Below are positions 44,407 to 52,907 of a DNA stretch of 64,000 nucleotides, piece after piece. The stretch covers positions 12,411 through 76,410 of the forward strand of contig JAVZNT010000003.1 in NCBI GenBank assembly GCA_038882655.1. The letters are read 5' to 3'. This stretch comes from Candidatus Bathyarchaeia archaeon. Its GTDB lineage: Archaea; Thermoproteota; Bathyarchaeia; Bathyarchaeales; Bathycorpusculaceae. A program made the position numbers and the translations under genes. Position 1 is the stretch's first letter. Every line of letters begins with the position of its first letter. The notes under the pieces are model-generated. The model was given only the letters and a program-made list of their open reading frames with translations. It did no database searches and was not told the DNA's origin.

Positions 44407-45780
44407 TTGGAATATAAATGCTATTGTGGCGCGACCCTGAAATGTTCGCATGATGGAAACTGGTTCTGTCCAAATGGACACCCAGTATACACTTGTAAAA
44501 AATGCGAAGCGCTTGGAAAGAATACTCCACTTCAATGGGTTTCGCAGTATCAACGATGGTATTGTTATGAATGCAGGGAATATGCTTCAAAATCAGTTGC
44601 GGAAGAAAAAATAGAAGAGGAAGAGGAGGTAGGCGGGGAAGAAGAGGAGTTTCTCGACGAAGAAGAATTTCTTGAAGAGGAAGAAGAAGTCGAAGTAAGC
44701 GGCTACATACTCGGCATACCTAGAGGCAGTAGAGTTGACGAATTCTGTTTCATGTGCAAACATCTGAAATTCACACAAAATAATACGCACATCAAATGTG
44801 GTATGAACATCCCCAGATTCTTGGAACCAGCGATTTCAGAGGTCACCATAAGACCAACAGGCGCAGGCAAGGGGATAAGCGGTATATGCGCTCAAGCATC
44901 TTTCATCTCCGACGAGGACGCCCTATTAACTCTTCAAGAATGGCGAGAATTCATTGAGAAAATAGTTGAAAAGCAGATAGAAAATCACGAAGATGAAGCT
45001 GAACCCATCGAAATGTACCGAATTGAATTCGTCGGCGCAACCACCGCAGATGGAGGTGCAAACGCCACCAAGGTACCTGTAAGTCGCGACAGCATTGTTG
45101 GTGGCCGAATCACTGTGACAATTGACAGCGAAAATGAGAAAGTTTGGATTCATGCTGGAACTAAAAAGTCCGGTTTTCTGAGCGGCTTTGCAAAGGTTAT
45201 AGGAGGCATTGCCGGCTCCATGGAAGACTGTTTCAGTGCGCGATTTCTGAGGGATCTACTAAAACGGGATATAGAATCGTTTAGCGTTGAGAAAATATGG
45301 GCTGGAGAGGAGCCTCTGGAGTTTTGGCAGGTTTTGGATAGAGGCGCAAGAGAGCTATCTAGTCAGGCATCTGAGCATGTGTTAGAACAACCTAAATTTG
45401 AAGGTCCTAAGATAGAAATGTACCTGTTAAAGTATCACATGGGAAGGGCATACGGTGAATATTATACTGGAGGCAGAAGTGATAGCGAAACAAAATCAAT
45501 AACTATCGAGCCATTAAAAGCATCCGTTGAAGAACTTCAGTCAAAACGCATGGTAATCGTCATAGATCACCAAGCAAAAATTGTTTGGCACTGGATAGGA
45601 GACAAAAGTGCACGCCTAATGAAGTTCTTCGTAAAAAGAATACCCTCAGATGGACAGTCACGGAGGCATCATTTAGGCATTATTGGAAGTCGAATAGGGC
45701 AAAGCATAGACGATTATGACTATGTCGTAGTCGAAGAGAAAAAGGAACCAGAACAGTTCAAGAGGCTTTTCCAAGCTTAA
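44407..45780 (+). CDS. hypothetical protein: N-terminal zinc ribbons, poly-Glu linker, unknown domain, and two tandem gelsolin-like repeats
   Basis: TTG start immediately after an in-frame TGA. CKKCEALG...RWYCYECREY ribbon. Residues 66-96 are almost pure E. An internal duplication covers aa 200-311 and 335-457, with IEMY..., (T/V)ID...K(V/I)W.H.G.K.S and EEPLEFWQVL / KEPEQFKRLF motifs. Confidence 0.7.
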   Translation: MEYKCYCGATLKCSHDGNWFCPNGHPVYTCKKCEALGKNTPLQWVSQYQRWYCYECREYASKSVAEEKIEEEEEVGGEEEEFLDEEEFLEEEEEVEVSGYILGIPRGSRVDEFCFMCKHLKFTQNNTHIKCGMNIPRFLEPAISEVTIRPTGAGKGISGICAQASFISDEDALLTLQEWREFIEKIVEKQIENHEDEAEPIEMYRIEFVGATTADGGANATKVPVSRDSIVGGRITVTIDSENEKVWIHAGTKKSGFLSGFAKVIGGIAGSMEDCFSARFLRDLLKRDIESFSVEKIWAGEEPLEFWQVLDRGARELSSQASEHVLEQPKFEGPKIEMYLLKYHMGRAYGEYYTGGRSDSETKSITIEPLKASVEELQSKRMVIVIDHQAKIVWHWIGDKSARLMKFFVKRIPSDGQSRRHHLGIIGSRIGQSIDDYDYVVVEEKKEPEQFKRLFQA

Positions 45781-45794
45781 TGTCTGGGAATTAA

Positions 45795-46646
45795 ATGAAT
45801 GTTGAGGCCATCACATTCCTTGCAATTAGCACAATCTACTGGGTACTTGCACTGCGTTATTATTATGGCGTTTCTAAAGAACTGAGTCAGTATGCGCAAA
45901 AACCTCTAAAATCACCTAAAACTAGGACACTCATTATCGCTATTTACGGTTTCGGGCTAACATTATCTTTCGCGCTTGTGGGCCTAAACTCGAAATCAAT
46001 CCTGCTGTCAGCCCTTCGAGGAGGCGCCCCTATTTCAGCTTTCTTTATAATCCTTCTTTCTTTTTTAAGCCCAATTATCAATTATCTTTCTGTTTGCATT
46101 CAAGCTACGAATAGTGTTAATACTATTTTTCTATCCTCTAGCTTTCTGTTGGCAGTTGCTTCCGGCATAGCCATCCTTATTCCCTTCGGCTATGTCCTAT
46201 ATAAAACTCGAAAAGAAATAGAGATGCGCTTTCAAATGGCTACAGGTGGAATGCCTAAAAAACTGCGTGGAGATTTTAAAATGTACAGAACATCTCATGG
46301 AAAGCCGGTTACACGAGGCATATTTGGAGGGCTTATGGGCTTGATTATGTTTCCTTGGTATTTGTACTTTGATTTATTCAAAGCTAAGCAAGGCCTCGTT
46401 GTATATAGAAAAGCGACAACAACCGAATACGACTGGACTTTCGTTGATTCGTCCCATCCTCCGCCCTTTTATGTTAGAGATGAGAGATTAGAGGTGGATA
46501 TAGGAGAGGCGCTCGCTAAAACAGACAAAAGAACTATAAATCATGCCGGCGTCCCTATTTGCCCAAAATGCAAAAAGGCGCTCATCTACTTAGAAGACCA
46601 TCAAAAATGGTGGTGTACCAAGTGCAAAAGAGCCTATATAGAATAA
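45795..46646 (+). CDS. hypothetical membrane protein with a C-terminal zinc ribbon
   Basis: Four or more N-terminal TM helices, one further hydrophobic segment, then CPKCKKALIYLEDHQKWWCTKCKRAY at the extreme C-terminus. Starts 14 nt after the upstream gene. Confidence 0.7.
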   Translation: MNVEAITFLAISTIYWVLALRYYYGVSKELSQYAQKPLKSPKTRTLIIAIYGFGLTLSFALVGLNSKSILLSALRGGAPISAFFIILLSFLSPIINYLSVCIQATNSVNTIFLSSSFLLAVASGIAILIPFGYVLYKTRKEIEMRFQMATGGMPKKLRGDFKMYRTSHGKPVTRGIFGGLMGLIMFPWYLYFDLFKAKQGLVVYRKATTTEYDWTFVDSSHPPPFYVRDERLEVDIGEALAKTDKRTINHAGVPICPKCKKALIYLEDHQKWWCTKCKRAYIE

Positions 46647-46709
46647 TAGAGAGAAATAAGCGATTTTGCGGTATATCACGTAGCAGTAAGTTCACTTTTC
46701 AAGCCGGTG

Positions 46710-48110
46710 CTAAGTGCTTTTGATGACCGCTTTTGCCCAGCTTCCATATTTTATCCAGAGTATGGCTATCATTCCGCTTATAATGTTGCTTATTGCTATG
46801 GCTAGCCAAATCCCTATAGAGCCCATGTCGAGAATGAAAGCCATGAGATAGCCTGCGGCTATCCTTATTCCCCAAAGCCTCACCATTCCCAAGCCCGTTG
46901 GAAATGTTGTGTGTCCCGAACCCCTCCCAACTGATAGGGCTACGGCGAAAAGTCCAAAGAATGGAAGCGTGGGAAGCATTGTTTGGAGGAAAATGTCTGT
47001 CTCATTTACTGTGTTAGGATCATCTGCGAAGACGTCCACTAAGTTTCTCCTAACTGGGTATACTATGGCGGCACTTATCATCATTAGGGCGAATATGAGG
47101 AGGGTTGCTTTAAAGGCTACTTCTCTGGCTCTTTTATGGTTGTCCGCGCCGAGACTTTGCCCTATCATTATGGCCGGGGCTCCACTTAAACCCCAAAGCG
47201 CAGCATCCACAATATCCATCATTACAAAACCTATAGAAAAGGCGGTTGCGGTTACGATTCCAAGCATGTTGACAAGTCTAAGCTGCATGAGAAAGGCGAA
47301 ACCATTTGTTAAGCCAAGCGTTAAAATTGGCAGCCCTATACGTAAAACCAAGCGAGCCCATGTGACGTCTATTTCCTTAGTTGGTCTTATATGGAGCTCT
47401 GGGTAGTATTTTCTCAAAATGTATGTTAGGGCTGTTATTGATATTATTTTTCCCATAACATCTGTTAGGGCTGCTCCGACTACTCCGAGTCTTGGAATGG
47501 GTCCTATACCTAAAATAAGGAACGGGTCTAAGGCTATGTTTATGGCGACAGATATGACATTAACAATTGCTGGTCTTCTTGTGTCTCCCACGCTTTGGAG
47601 AATCGTCGTATATGTTAGGGCTATGTAGTTGAAAAACACGTCGAAGACTATTACGCCAGAATACCTCATAACATCCTCAAAAATTTCTGTGGGTGTGGAC
47701 ACAACAACTGTAAAAATCGAATTTCTAAGTGCCAAAAGGAGCATGCTTAAGGCACCACCAGATATTAGGGACAGCGTAAAGAAGCGTGATGCTGACATAC
47801 TTGCTTCCTTGTAGGCTTTGCTTCCCACATACTGTGAGATTACGCTTAGACTTGCTGTGGTGATGGCGTTTGCAAGGGCTTGAAAAAGCATTAGAATGGG
47901 CCAAATCTGTCTAGGAACAGCCACAGCTTGTTCGCTGTAGTTGCTAAGCCAATAAGTGTCAGCCACGTTGTAAGTTACAACCACAAGTTGGTTTACAAGG
48001 GGAGGGGTTCCCAACCAAAAAATTGTGCGAATAATGGGGCCGTCAATAATTTTATCCCTGTACTTGCTTATTCCACTAGGCTCTAGTGGGCTTTCAGAGT
48101 CTTCAGCCAT
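46710..48110 (-). CDS. MATE-family efflux transporter
   Basis: 466 aa with 12 predicted TM helices. MATE-like N-terminal TPPLVNQLVVVTYNVADTYWL. Confidence 0.85.
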   Translation of the reverse strand: MAEDSESPLEPSGISKYRDKIIDGPIIRTIFWLGTPPLVNQLVVVTYNVADTYWLSNYSEQAVAVPRQIWPILMLFQALANAITTASLSVISQYVGSKAYKEASMSASRFFTLSLISGGALSMLLLALRNSIFTVVVSTPTEIFEDVMRYSGVIVFDVFFNYIALTYTTILQSVGDTRRPAIVNVISVAINIALDPFLILGIGPIPRLGVVGAALTDVMGKIISITALTYILRKYYPELHIRPTKEIDVTWARLVLRIGLPILTLGLTNGFAFLMQLRLVNMLGIVTATAFSIGFVMMDIVDAALWGLSGAPAIMIGQSLGADNHKRAREVAFKATLLIFALMMISAAIVYPVRRNLVDVFADDPNTVNETDIFLQTMLPTLPFFGLFAVALSVGRGSGHTTFPTGLGMVRLWGIRIAAGYLMAFILDMGSIGIWLAIAISNIISGMIAILWIKYGSWAKAVIKST

Positions 48111-48161
48111 AGGCTTCCCTTTACGTTGAAAATGAATTCTTAAAAGCTTTTCCTAAAATTT

Positions 48162-49022
48162 TCAGAAATATTCAAGAATTTTTGAAGAGATGGGCCTGTG
48201 GAACTTTCTTTTCACCCTTTCAATAGGCTCTCCGACAACTTCTATGTTTTCCAGTCGGCATGTTCCAAGTCCCTTTTTCTCCGCCAAAACCAGATGCTTA
48301 ACTTTCGTTGGCGAAACTCCCATAACAGCAGCACCAACAGTGTCAACAGCCACAGGGTCTGCGCCTGCTATAACCAAATCCATTTTTACAGGATTTCCAC
48401 TCGTTTCATGTCCTTCTCCAGCTATTATTCCATCAATAACCGTTAGGCTTGGCTTTAGTACGGAAGTCAAGTCCACAATGTTCGCGTGAAGTCTACCGTT
48501 GTGCATGCTTCCTTTGGAGGCGAGGGCTCCCATCATGTTCTTTATTCCAAGCGTGACTGTGGCGAGCCTATGAAGTTTCAGCTTTGGAACACTTATTATT
48601 ACGCTTTCTAGGGCTGTTTTTGCTACCTTAACCTTTCTTAGAGCCAAAGGATTTGACGGATAAACCTCAACGAAAATGTCCTTGTTGAGGTCGACAAGTT
48701 TCACTTTCCATTTTTCGCTTACTTTGTCTAACTCAGCAACTTTGAAGGCTTCAAACGTGTCTGCCCAACCGCTTCCCTCACCAATAACGATGTCGTCTTT
48801 ATCATGCTCTTTAAGAAATTTAACAACCCCTTCCACCACCCTGCCGTCTGTTGTGATTCCAGTTGAAGGGTGCTGAGCTGTTATGTAATTCGGCTTTATG
48901 AGAATGGGCTTTTTTGCGGAAAGAATGGCGTCTAAATCCGACTTTACTGCTTCAAGCGCTCTAACAGTTGTTTCTATGGGGTCTGAGCCTTTAATTATGG
49001 CTACTTGGCTAATTTTACTCAT
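48162..49022 (-). CDS. DUF362 domain protein
   Basis: ILIKPNYITAQHPSTGITTDGRVVEGVVKFLKEH...IVIGEGSG pattern typical of DUF362. Confidence 0.7.
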   Translation of the reverse strand: MSKISQVAIIKGSDPIETTVRALEAVKSDLDAILSAKKPILIKPNYITAQHPSTGITTDGRVVEGVVKFLKEHDKDDIVIGEGSGWADTFEAFKVAELDKVSEKWKVKLVDLNKDIFVEVYPSNPLALRKVKVAKTALESVIISVPKLKLHRLATVTLGIKNMMGALASKGSMHNGRLHANIVDLTSVLKPSLTVIDGIIAGEGHETSGNPVKMDLVIAGADPVAVDTVGAAVMGVSPTKVKHLVLAEKKGLGTCRLENIEVVGEPIERVKRKFHRPISSKILEYF

Positions 49023-49309
49023 CTCGACACTTGAAAGTCAAAAATAAGAGCGGCAATTTAACACTTACCATCTTACAAACCATAAAAAAGCAAGGAGAAA
49101 GACGTTGAAATTTAAAAGCGGGACCGGTGAAGGCAAAACATCTTCAAGAGGCAATGGGAAGCTTTTACTTCTTTTCCTTCTTCTTTGGCACGGCCATCAT
49201 CAAATTTTGATGGGAAAAACCAGATGTTAAAATTTTTCGTTCCATCTAAAGGTGTTTAGAGGCATTTTGTTGCAATATTTTTAAATGGGGCTTTGCGGGA
49301 GGCTTTCCT

Positions 49310-49708
49310 ATGCACGAATGGGCTTTAGCGGAGGCAATAATCTCTTCCGTTTCGCAAATAGCTGAAAAGGAGGGGCTAAAAGAGGTCAAGGAGGTCAAGA
49401 TAAAAGTTGGCGAGCTTCAGCAGGTAGAAGTAGACATTTTAGAGTTTGCGCTGTCGGAGCTTAAGATGGACAAGCTCAAAAACACCAAATTTTCGATAAA
49501 AACTGTTAAAGTCAAGTTGCAATGCAGAGCTTGCAGACATAAATGGTCTTTCAACAAGAACAAACTTGATGAGGAATCAGCCGAAGCCATTCACTTCCTC
49601 CCCGAAACAGTGCACGCCTACATTAAATGTCCAAGATGCGGCAGTCCGGACTTTGAAGTTTTACAAGGTAGGGGTGTATGGCTTGAAAGCGTAAGGGGAG
49701 TCAAGTAG
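49310..49708 (+). CDS. hypA: hydrogenase nickel-insertion protein HypA
   Basis: MHEWALAEAI N-terminus (metal-binding MHE). Zinc motifs CRACRHKW and CPRCGS. Confidence 0.9.
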   Translation: MHEWALAEAIISSVSQIAEKEGLKEVKEVKIKVGELQQVEVDILEFALSELKMDKLKNTKFSIKTVKVKLQCRACRHKWSFNKNKLDEESAEAIHFLPETVHAYIKCPRCGSPDFEVLQGRGVWLESVRGVK

Positions 49709-49710
49709 CC

Positions 49711-50439
49711 ATGTTAGACCCGCGAGAAAATGTTATCAACAAGAGACTTAAAGGGGTAAAGCGCATAATTGCCGTTTCAAGTGGTAAAGGCGGTGTTGGA
49801 AAAAGCCTTGTTGCATCCACCATTGCCTTGACACTGGTGAGAAAAAACTTTAAAGTCGGGCTTTTTGACGCGGATTTCACGAGTCCCTCAACCCACCTAA
49901 TTTTAGGTGTTAAAAAAGCGGAGCCAAAAGAGGAGAAGGGCATAATTCCAGTTCAAGTTCACGGTTTAAAATACGTCTCAATTGTCGCTTACTCAAAAGA
50001 AAGAGCGTTGCCTTTGAGGGGCGCAGATGTTTCAAATGCTCTTATAGAACTTTTCGCCACTACGATATGGGGAGATTTAGACTTCCTAATAATAGATATG
50101 CCTCCAGGCATAAGCGACGTCGCATTAGACGTAGTTAGACTTGTTAAAGGCATAAACTTCCTCGTAGTTACGACACCTTCTTTGCTTGCCTTTGAAACCG
50201 TTAAGAAGTTGCTGGATCTGCTTGCTGGGCTTAAAGTGCCAGTTTTAGGCGTTGTTGAGAACATGAAAACTAAGGGAAACGCGTTTATATCGCAGAATGT
50301 TGTGGCCACGAGTTTTCCTTTTCTTGGAGAGTTACCCTTCGACTCGAAGGTTGAGGATTCACTGGGGGACGTAGATGCACTTTTAAAGACAGATTTTGCC
50401 AAAAAATTGGCTGAAATTGTTTCAAAAAATTTCCTTTAA
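49711..50439 (+). CDS. hypB: Mrp/MinD-family P-loop ATPase, probable ATPase-type HypB
   Basis: Deviant Walker A VSSGKGGVGKS. No CxxC FeS-scaffold motif. Starts 2 nt after the hypA stop. Thermococcales use an Mrp/MinD-type HypB. Confidence 0.6.
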   Translation: MLDPRENVINKRLKGVKRIIAVSSGKGGVGKSLVASTIALTLVRKNFKVGLFDADFTSPSTHLILGVKKAEPKEEKGIIPVQVHGLKYVSIVAYSKERALPLRGADVSNALIELFATTIWGDLDFLIIDMPPGISDVALDVVRLVKGINFLVVTTPSLLAFETVKKLLDLLAGLKVPVLGVVENMKTKGNAFISQNVVATSFPFLGELPFDSKVEDSLGDVDALLKTDFAKKLAEIVSKNFL

Positions 50440-50440
50440 T

Positions 50441-50836
50441 CTATTTAGCCGTTTTCTTAGCCGGTTTTTTCTTCGTTTCGCTTGAAACCCGCTTTCTAGA
50501 CAGCAAAACTTCTTCCATTGAGTTTGCCTTTTGCAACTCATTCATATACCAACCTCTGTCCCTTGAATAGTTTATTCCAGCCGCTATTCCATAAATGATT
50601 AGGGTTAGACCACAAATTATTAGGGCTAAACCTAGAAGGGTTCCGCTGTGAAAGACAGCATAATAAGGAATAAATAGAAACCACTCGGGATTTCTACCAA
50701 TCACACTGCTGATAAGTAGGTTTTCAAGGATTCCTCCAACAAAGAATGTTGTTCCAGCGAGAAACATTAGATAAGCCACTGTCTCGTTGTGTCTTGATTC
50801 TTCAGCCTTTTCGTGCAAGTAGTCTCTGAAAGACAT
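50441..50836 (-). CDS. hypothetical membrane protein (3 TM helices) with a basic C-terminal tail
   Basis: 131-aa hydrophobic ORF ending KKKPAKKTAK. I recognise no family. Confidence 0.55.
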   Translation of the reverse strand: MSFRDYLHEKAEESRHNETVAYLMFLAGTTFFVGGILENLLISSVIGRNPEWFLFIPYYAVFHSGTLLGLALIICGLTLIIYGIAAGINYSRDRGWYMNELQKANSMEEVLLSRKRVSSETKKKPAKKTAK

Positions 50837-50896
50837 AACTTCTCAATATTCTCATCATTGGACATATACCTAAATCTTATTATGTGGAAATAAGTA

Positions 50897-51676
50897 TTGC
50901 AAAAAAGTATTAGAAATTCAGCGAAGTGGAGAAGAAAGGCTTTGCCACTCATTAAGGCTGTTATATTTGATTTCATTGGTACGCTGGTGAATGTTAAAGG
51001 TTACAACTTGGAAACTTCAAAAATGAAGCTTTGTAAGGCTATTTTCGACGCTGGTTTTAAAGTGAGCCAAAAAGATTTTTTAGAGGCGTACAGTCAAGCC
51101 CATGAAAAATATCGTGCTATACGCTATCAGAAACTTATCGAAGTCACAAACGCTATATGGATTTCCGAAGCACTAAACAGTTTAGGATTTAAGACAAGCC
51201 CAGAGGACGCTCGCATAAGAACTGCTGTTAACATTTTCTTTGAGGACTACCTGAACTCTTTTAGGCTAAGAAAGTGTGCAAAGCAAACTTTGAGAATGTT
51301 GGCTGGGGATTATAAGCTTGGGCTTGTTTCAAACTTTACATATGCCCCAGTTATATACGCTGGGCTTAGAAGAGTTGGAATAAGCAATTTTTTTGATGTT
51401 ATACTGGTCTCGGAGGCTGTTGGCTGGCGAAAGCCCCACGCCAAAATTTTTGAGGAAATGTTAAAGAGGCTTGGAGTAGAGGCTAAAGAGGCGCTTTATG
51501 TCGGGGACAGTCCTGAGGAAGATATCAAGGGTGCAAAGCAGTTAGGCATGAAAACAGTCTTTGTTGCCTCTCAGTTTTTCCCGGTTGAAAGACTTCTTGA
51601 AAGCGAACAGAAGCCAGACGTCATAGCAAGGAACATGTGCGAGGCGAGAAGAAAAATTCAAGGTATAGTTCGCTAA
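50897..51676 (+). CDS. HAD-superfamily hydrolase (subfamily IA-like)
   Basis: Motif I VIFDFIGTL, motif II LVSNFT, motif III/IV K...YVGDSPEEDIKGAKQLGM. The true start may be the TTG at 50942. Confidence 0.8.
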   Translation: MQKSIRNSAKWRRKALPLIKAVIFDFIGTLVNVKGYNLETSKMKLCKAIFDAGFKVSQKDFLEAYSQAHEKYRAIRYQKLIEVTNAIWISEALNSLGFKTSPEDARIRTAVNIFFEDYLNSFRLRKCAKQTLRMLAGDYKLGLVSNFTYAPVIYAGLRRVGISNFFDVILVSEAVGWRKPHAKIFEEMLKRLGVEAKEALYVGDSPEEDIKGAKQLGMKTVFVASQFFPVERLLESEQKPDVIARNMCEARRKIQGIVR

Positions 51677-51683
51677 TTTTCTG

Positions 51684-51974
51684 GTGGCAATTAACATGAC
51701 TGGTCCTTTTAATATTGTTGTGCTTGTCCTTCCGTTGGTTGCTGGTATGGTAGCGGGCTATTATTCAAGAAGTAAGAAACTTTTAAATGTTGGAAAGCTT
51801 GTACTTGGCACTATTTTGGTATTGATCTTCTCTCTTGGCTTTTCAATAGGTTCAAACACCGAACTTTTGGCGATAATGCCAAACGTCGCTTTTAATGCTC
51901 TGGTGCTTTTGGTTATGGCTTTATTTTTTAGCATACTCTTTGTAAAGGCAGCTCGAAAACTGGTGAAAATATGA
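51684..51974 (+). CDS. LysO/DUF340-family membrane protein, small subunit
   Basis: 96-aa protein with 3 TM helices. It overlaps the next gene by 4 nt. The two ORFs together (96 + 203 aa) match the size I recall for single-chain LysO (YbjE). Confidence 0.6.
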   Translation: MAINMTGPFNIVVLVLPLVAGMVAGYYSRSKKLLNVGKLVLGTILVLIFSLGFSIGSNTELLAIMPNVAFNALVLLVMALFFSILFVKAARKLVKI

Positions 51975-52582
51975 TAAAATATGTTTTGCCAGTCCTCTCC
52001 ATCGGAATTCTGGCGGGTTACTTAAACAATAGTTTCGGTGCTCCGTTGTTAAACATCGTTTTTTCAGAATACGCTTTTAACTTCTCCCTAATAGTGTTGT
52101 TGTTTTTGATGGGCCTGCTTTTCGCAGTAGATGAAAAAGCAGTGGCAAAAATGAGGCAAGCCAAGTTTAAAATATTGGTTTTTCCGCTGGCAGTGGCTTT
52201 AGGCAGCATAATAGGAGGGCTTGTTGGCGGAACAATCCTTAGAATCAACATATTTGCCTCTATGGGAGTCTGCGCTGGCTACGGCTGGTATACGCTGGCC
52301 GGACCATTAGCCGGGCAGCTTTTCGGGCTGGAATGGGGCGCCCTTGGCTTCACAGTAAACCTTCTCAGAGAACTTGTCACAATAGTTTTTGCGTCGCTGG
52401 CGGCAAAACTGGATAGATATGCACCGATAGCAATGGGAGGCGCAACCGCAATGGACACAACGCTGCCAATAATAGTGCGCTACTGCGGCCAAGACACGCT
52501 TATAACAGCCTTCTCCAGCGGCTTCATCCTAACGATGGCAGCGCCTTTCACTATAACCGCCATAGCAGCCATAGCCCATTAA
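51971..52582 (+). CDS. LysO/DUF340-family membrane protein, large subunit
   Basis: 203-aa polytopic protein. DUF340-like ASMGVCAGYGWYTLAGPL. Confidence 0.6.
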   Translation: MIKYVLPVLSIGILAGYLNNSFGAPLLNIVFSEYAFNFSLIVLLFLMGLLFAVDEKAVAKMRQAKFKILVFPLAVALGSIIGGLVGGTILRINIFASMGVCAGYGWYTLAGPLAGQLFGLEWGALGFTVNLLRELVTIVFASLAAKLDRYAPIAMGGATAMDTTLPIIVRYCGQDTLITAFSSGFILTMAAPFTITAIAAIAH

Positions 52583-52776
52583 GGTTTGTCCCTAAACTTT
52601 TCAGATGCTGGTTCCCCGCCGATACCCCAATGCACTTTCGGGACTTCATGCACAATCACTTCCACAGCACTTTCAGGAACACCCAAGCCTCCAAACACCC
52701 TCGTTATCTCTCGAATCAATGTTTTGACGCGGTCTTTTCCGAAACCTTTCCAAACATACACGTGAACTATAGGCAA
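52579..52776 (-). CDS. 4-oxalocrotonate tautomerase-family protein
   Basis: With the TTG start at 52776 (GGAG upstream) the product begins M-PIVHVYVWKGF..., giving the catalytic Pro1. Also EVIVHEVPKVHWGIGG. Confidence 0.8.
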   Translation of the reverse strand: MPIVHVYVWKGFGKDRVKTLIREITRVFGGLGVPESAVEVIVHEVPKVHWGIGGEPASEKFRDKP

Positions 52777-52829
52777 GCACAACCAACTCCTTACACTAAC
52801 AATTATACACATTTTAGGTTTAAAATCTG

Positions 52830-52907
52830 TGGTGCGGCCGCCGGGATTTGAACCCGGGTCGTCAGCGTGGCAGGCTGATGTCCTAGTCCAGGCTAGACTA
52901 CGGCCGC
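52830..52907 (-). tRNA. tRNA-Gly (GCC) with genomically encoded CCA
   Basis: Reverse complement GCGGCCG-TA-...-TCAGC-CTGCCAC-GCTGA-...-CCGGG-TTCAAAT-CCCGG-CGGCCGC-A-CCA. The anticodon is GCC. Confidence 0.9.

Noticed and set aside
44186-44590. 134-aa minus-strand ORF that spans the tRNA-like repeat and overlaps the start of the 44407 gene.
   Set aside because: The composition is not protein-like and no motif is present. It overlaps a much better-supported plus-strand gene. It probably arises from the lack of stops in this stretch. It does not look like an integrase fragment.
46909-47406. 165-aa plus-strand ORF antisense to the MATE transporter.
   Set aside because: It is a shadow ORF inside a 12-TM MATE gene.
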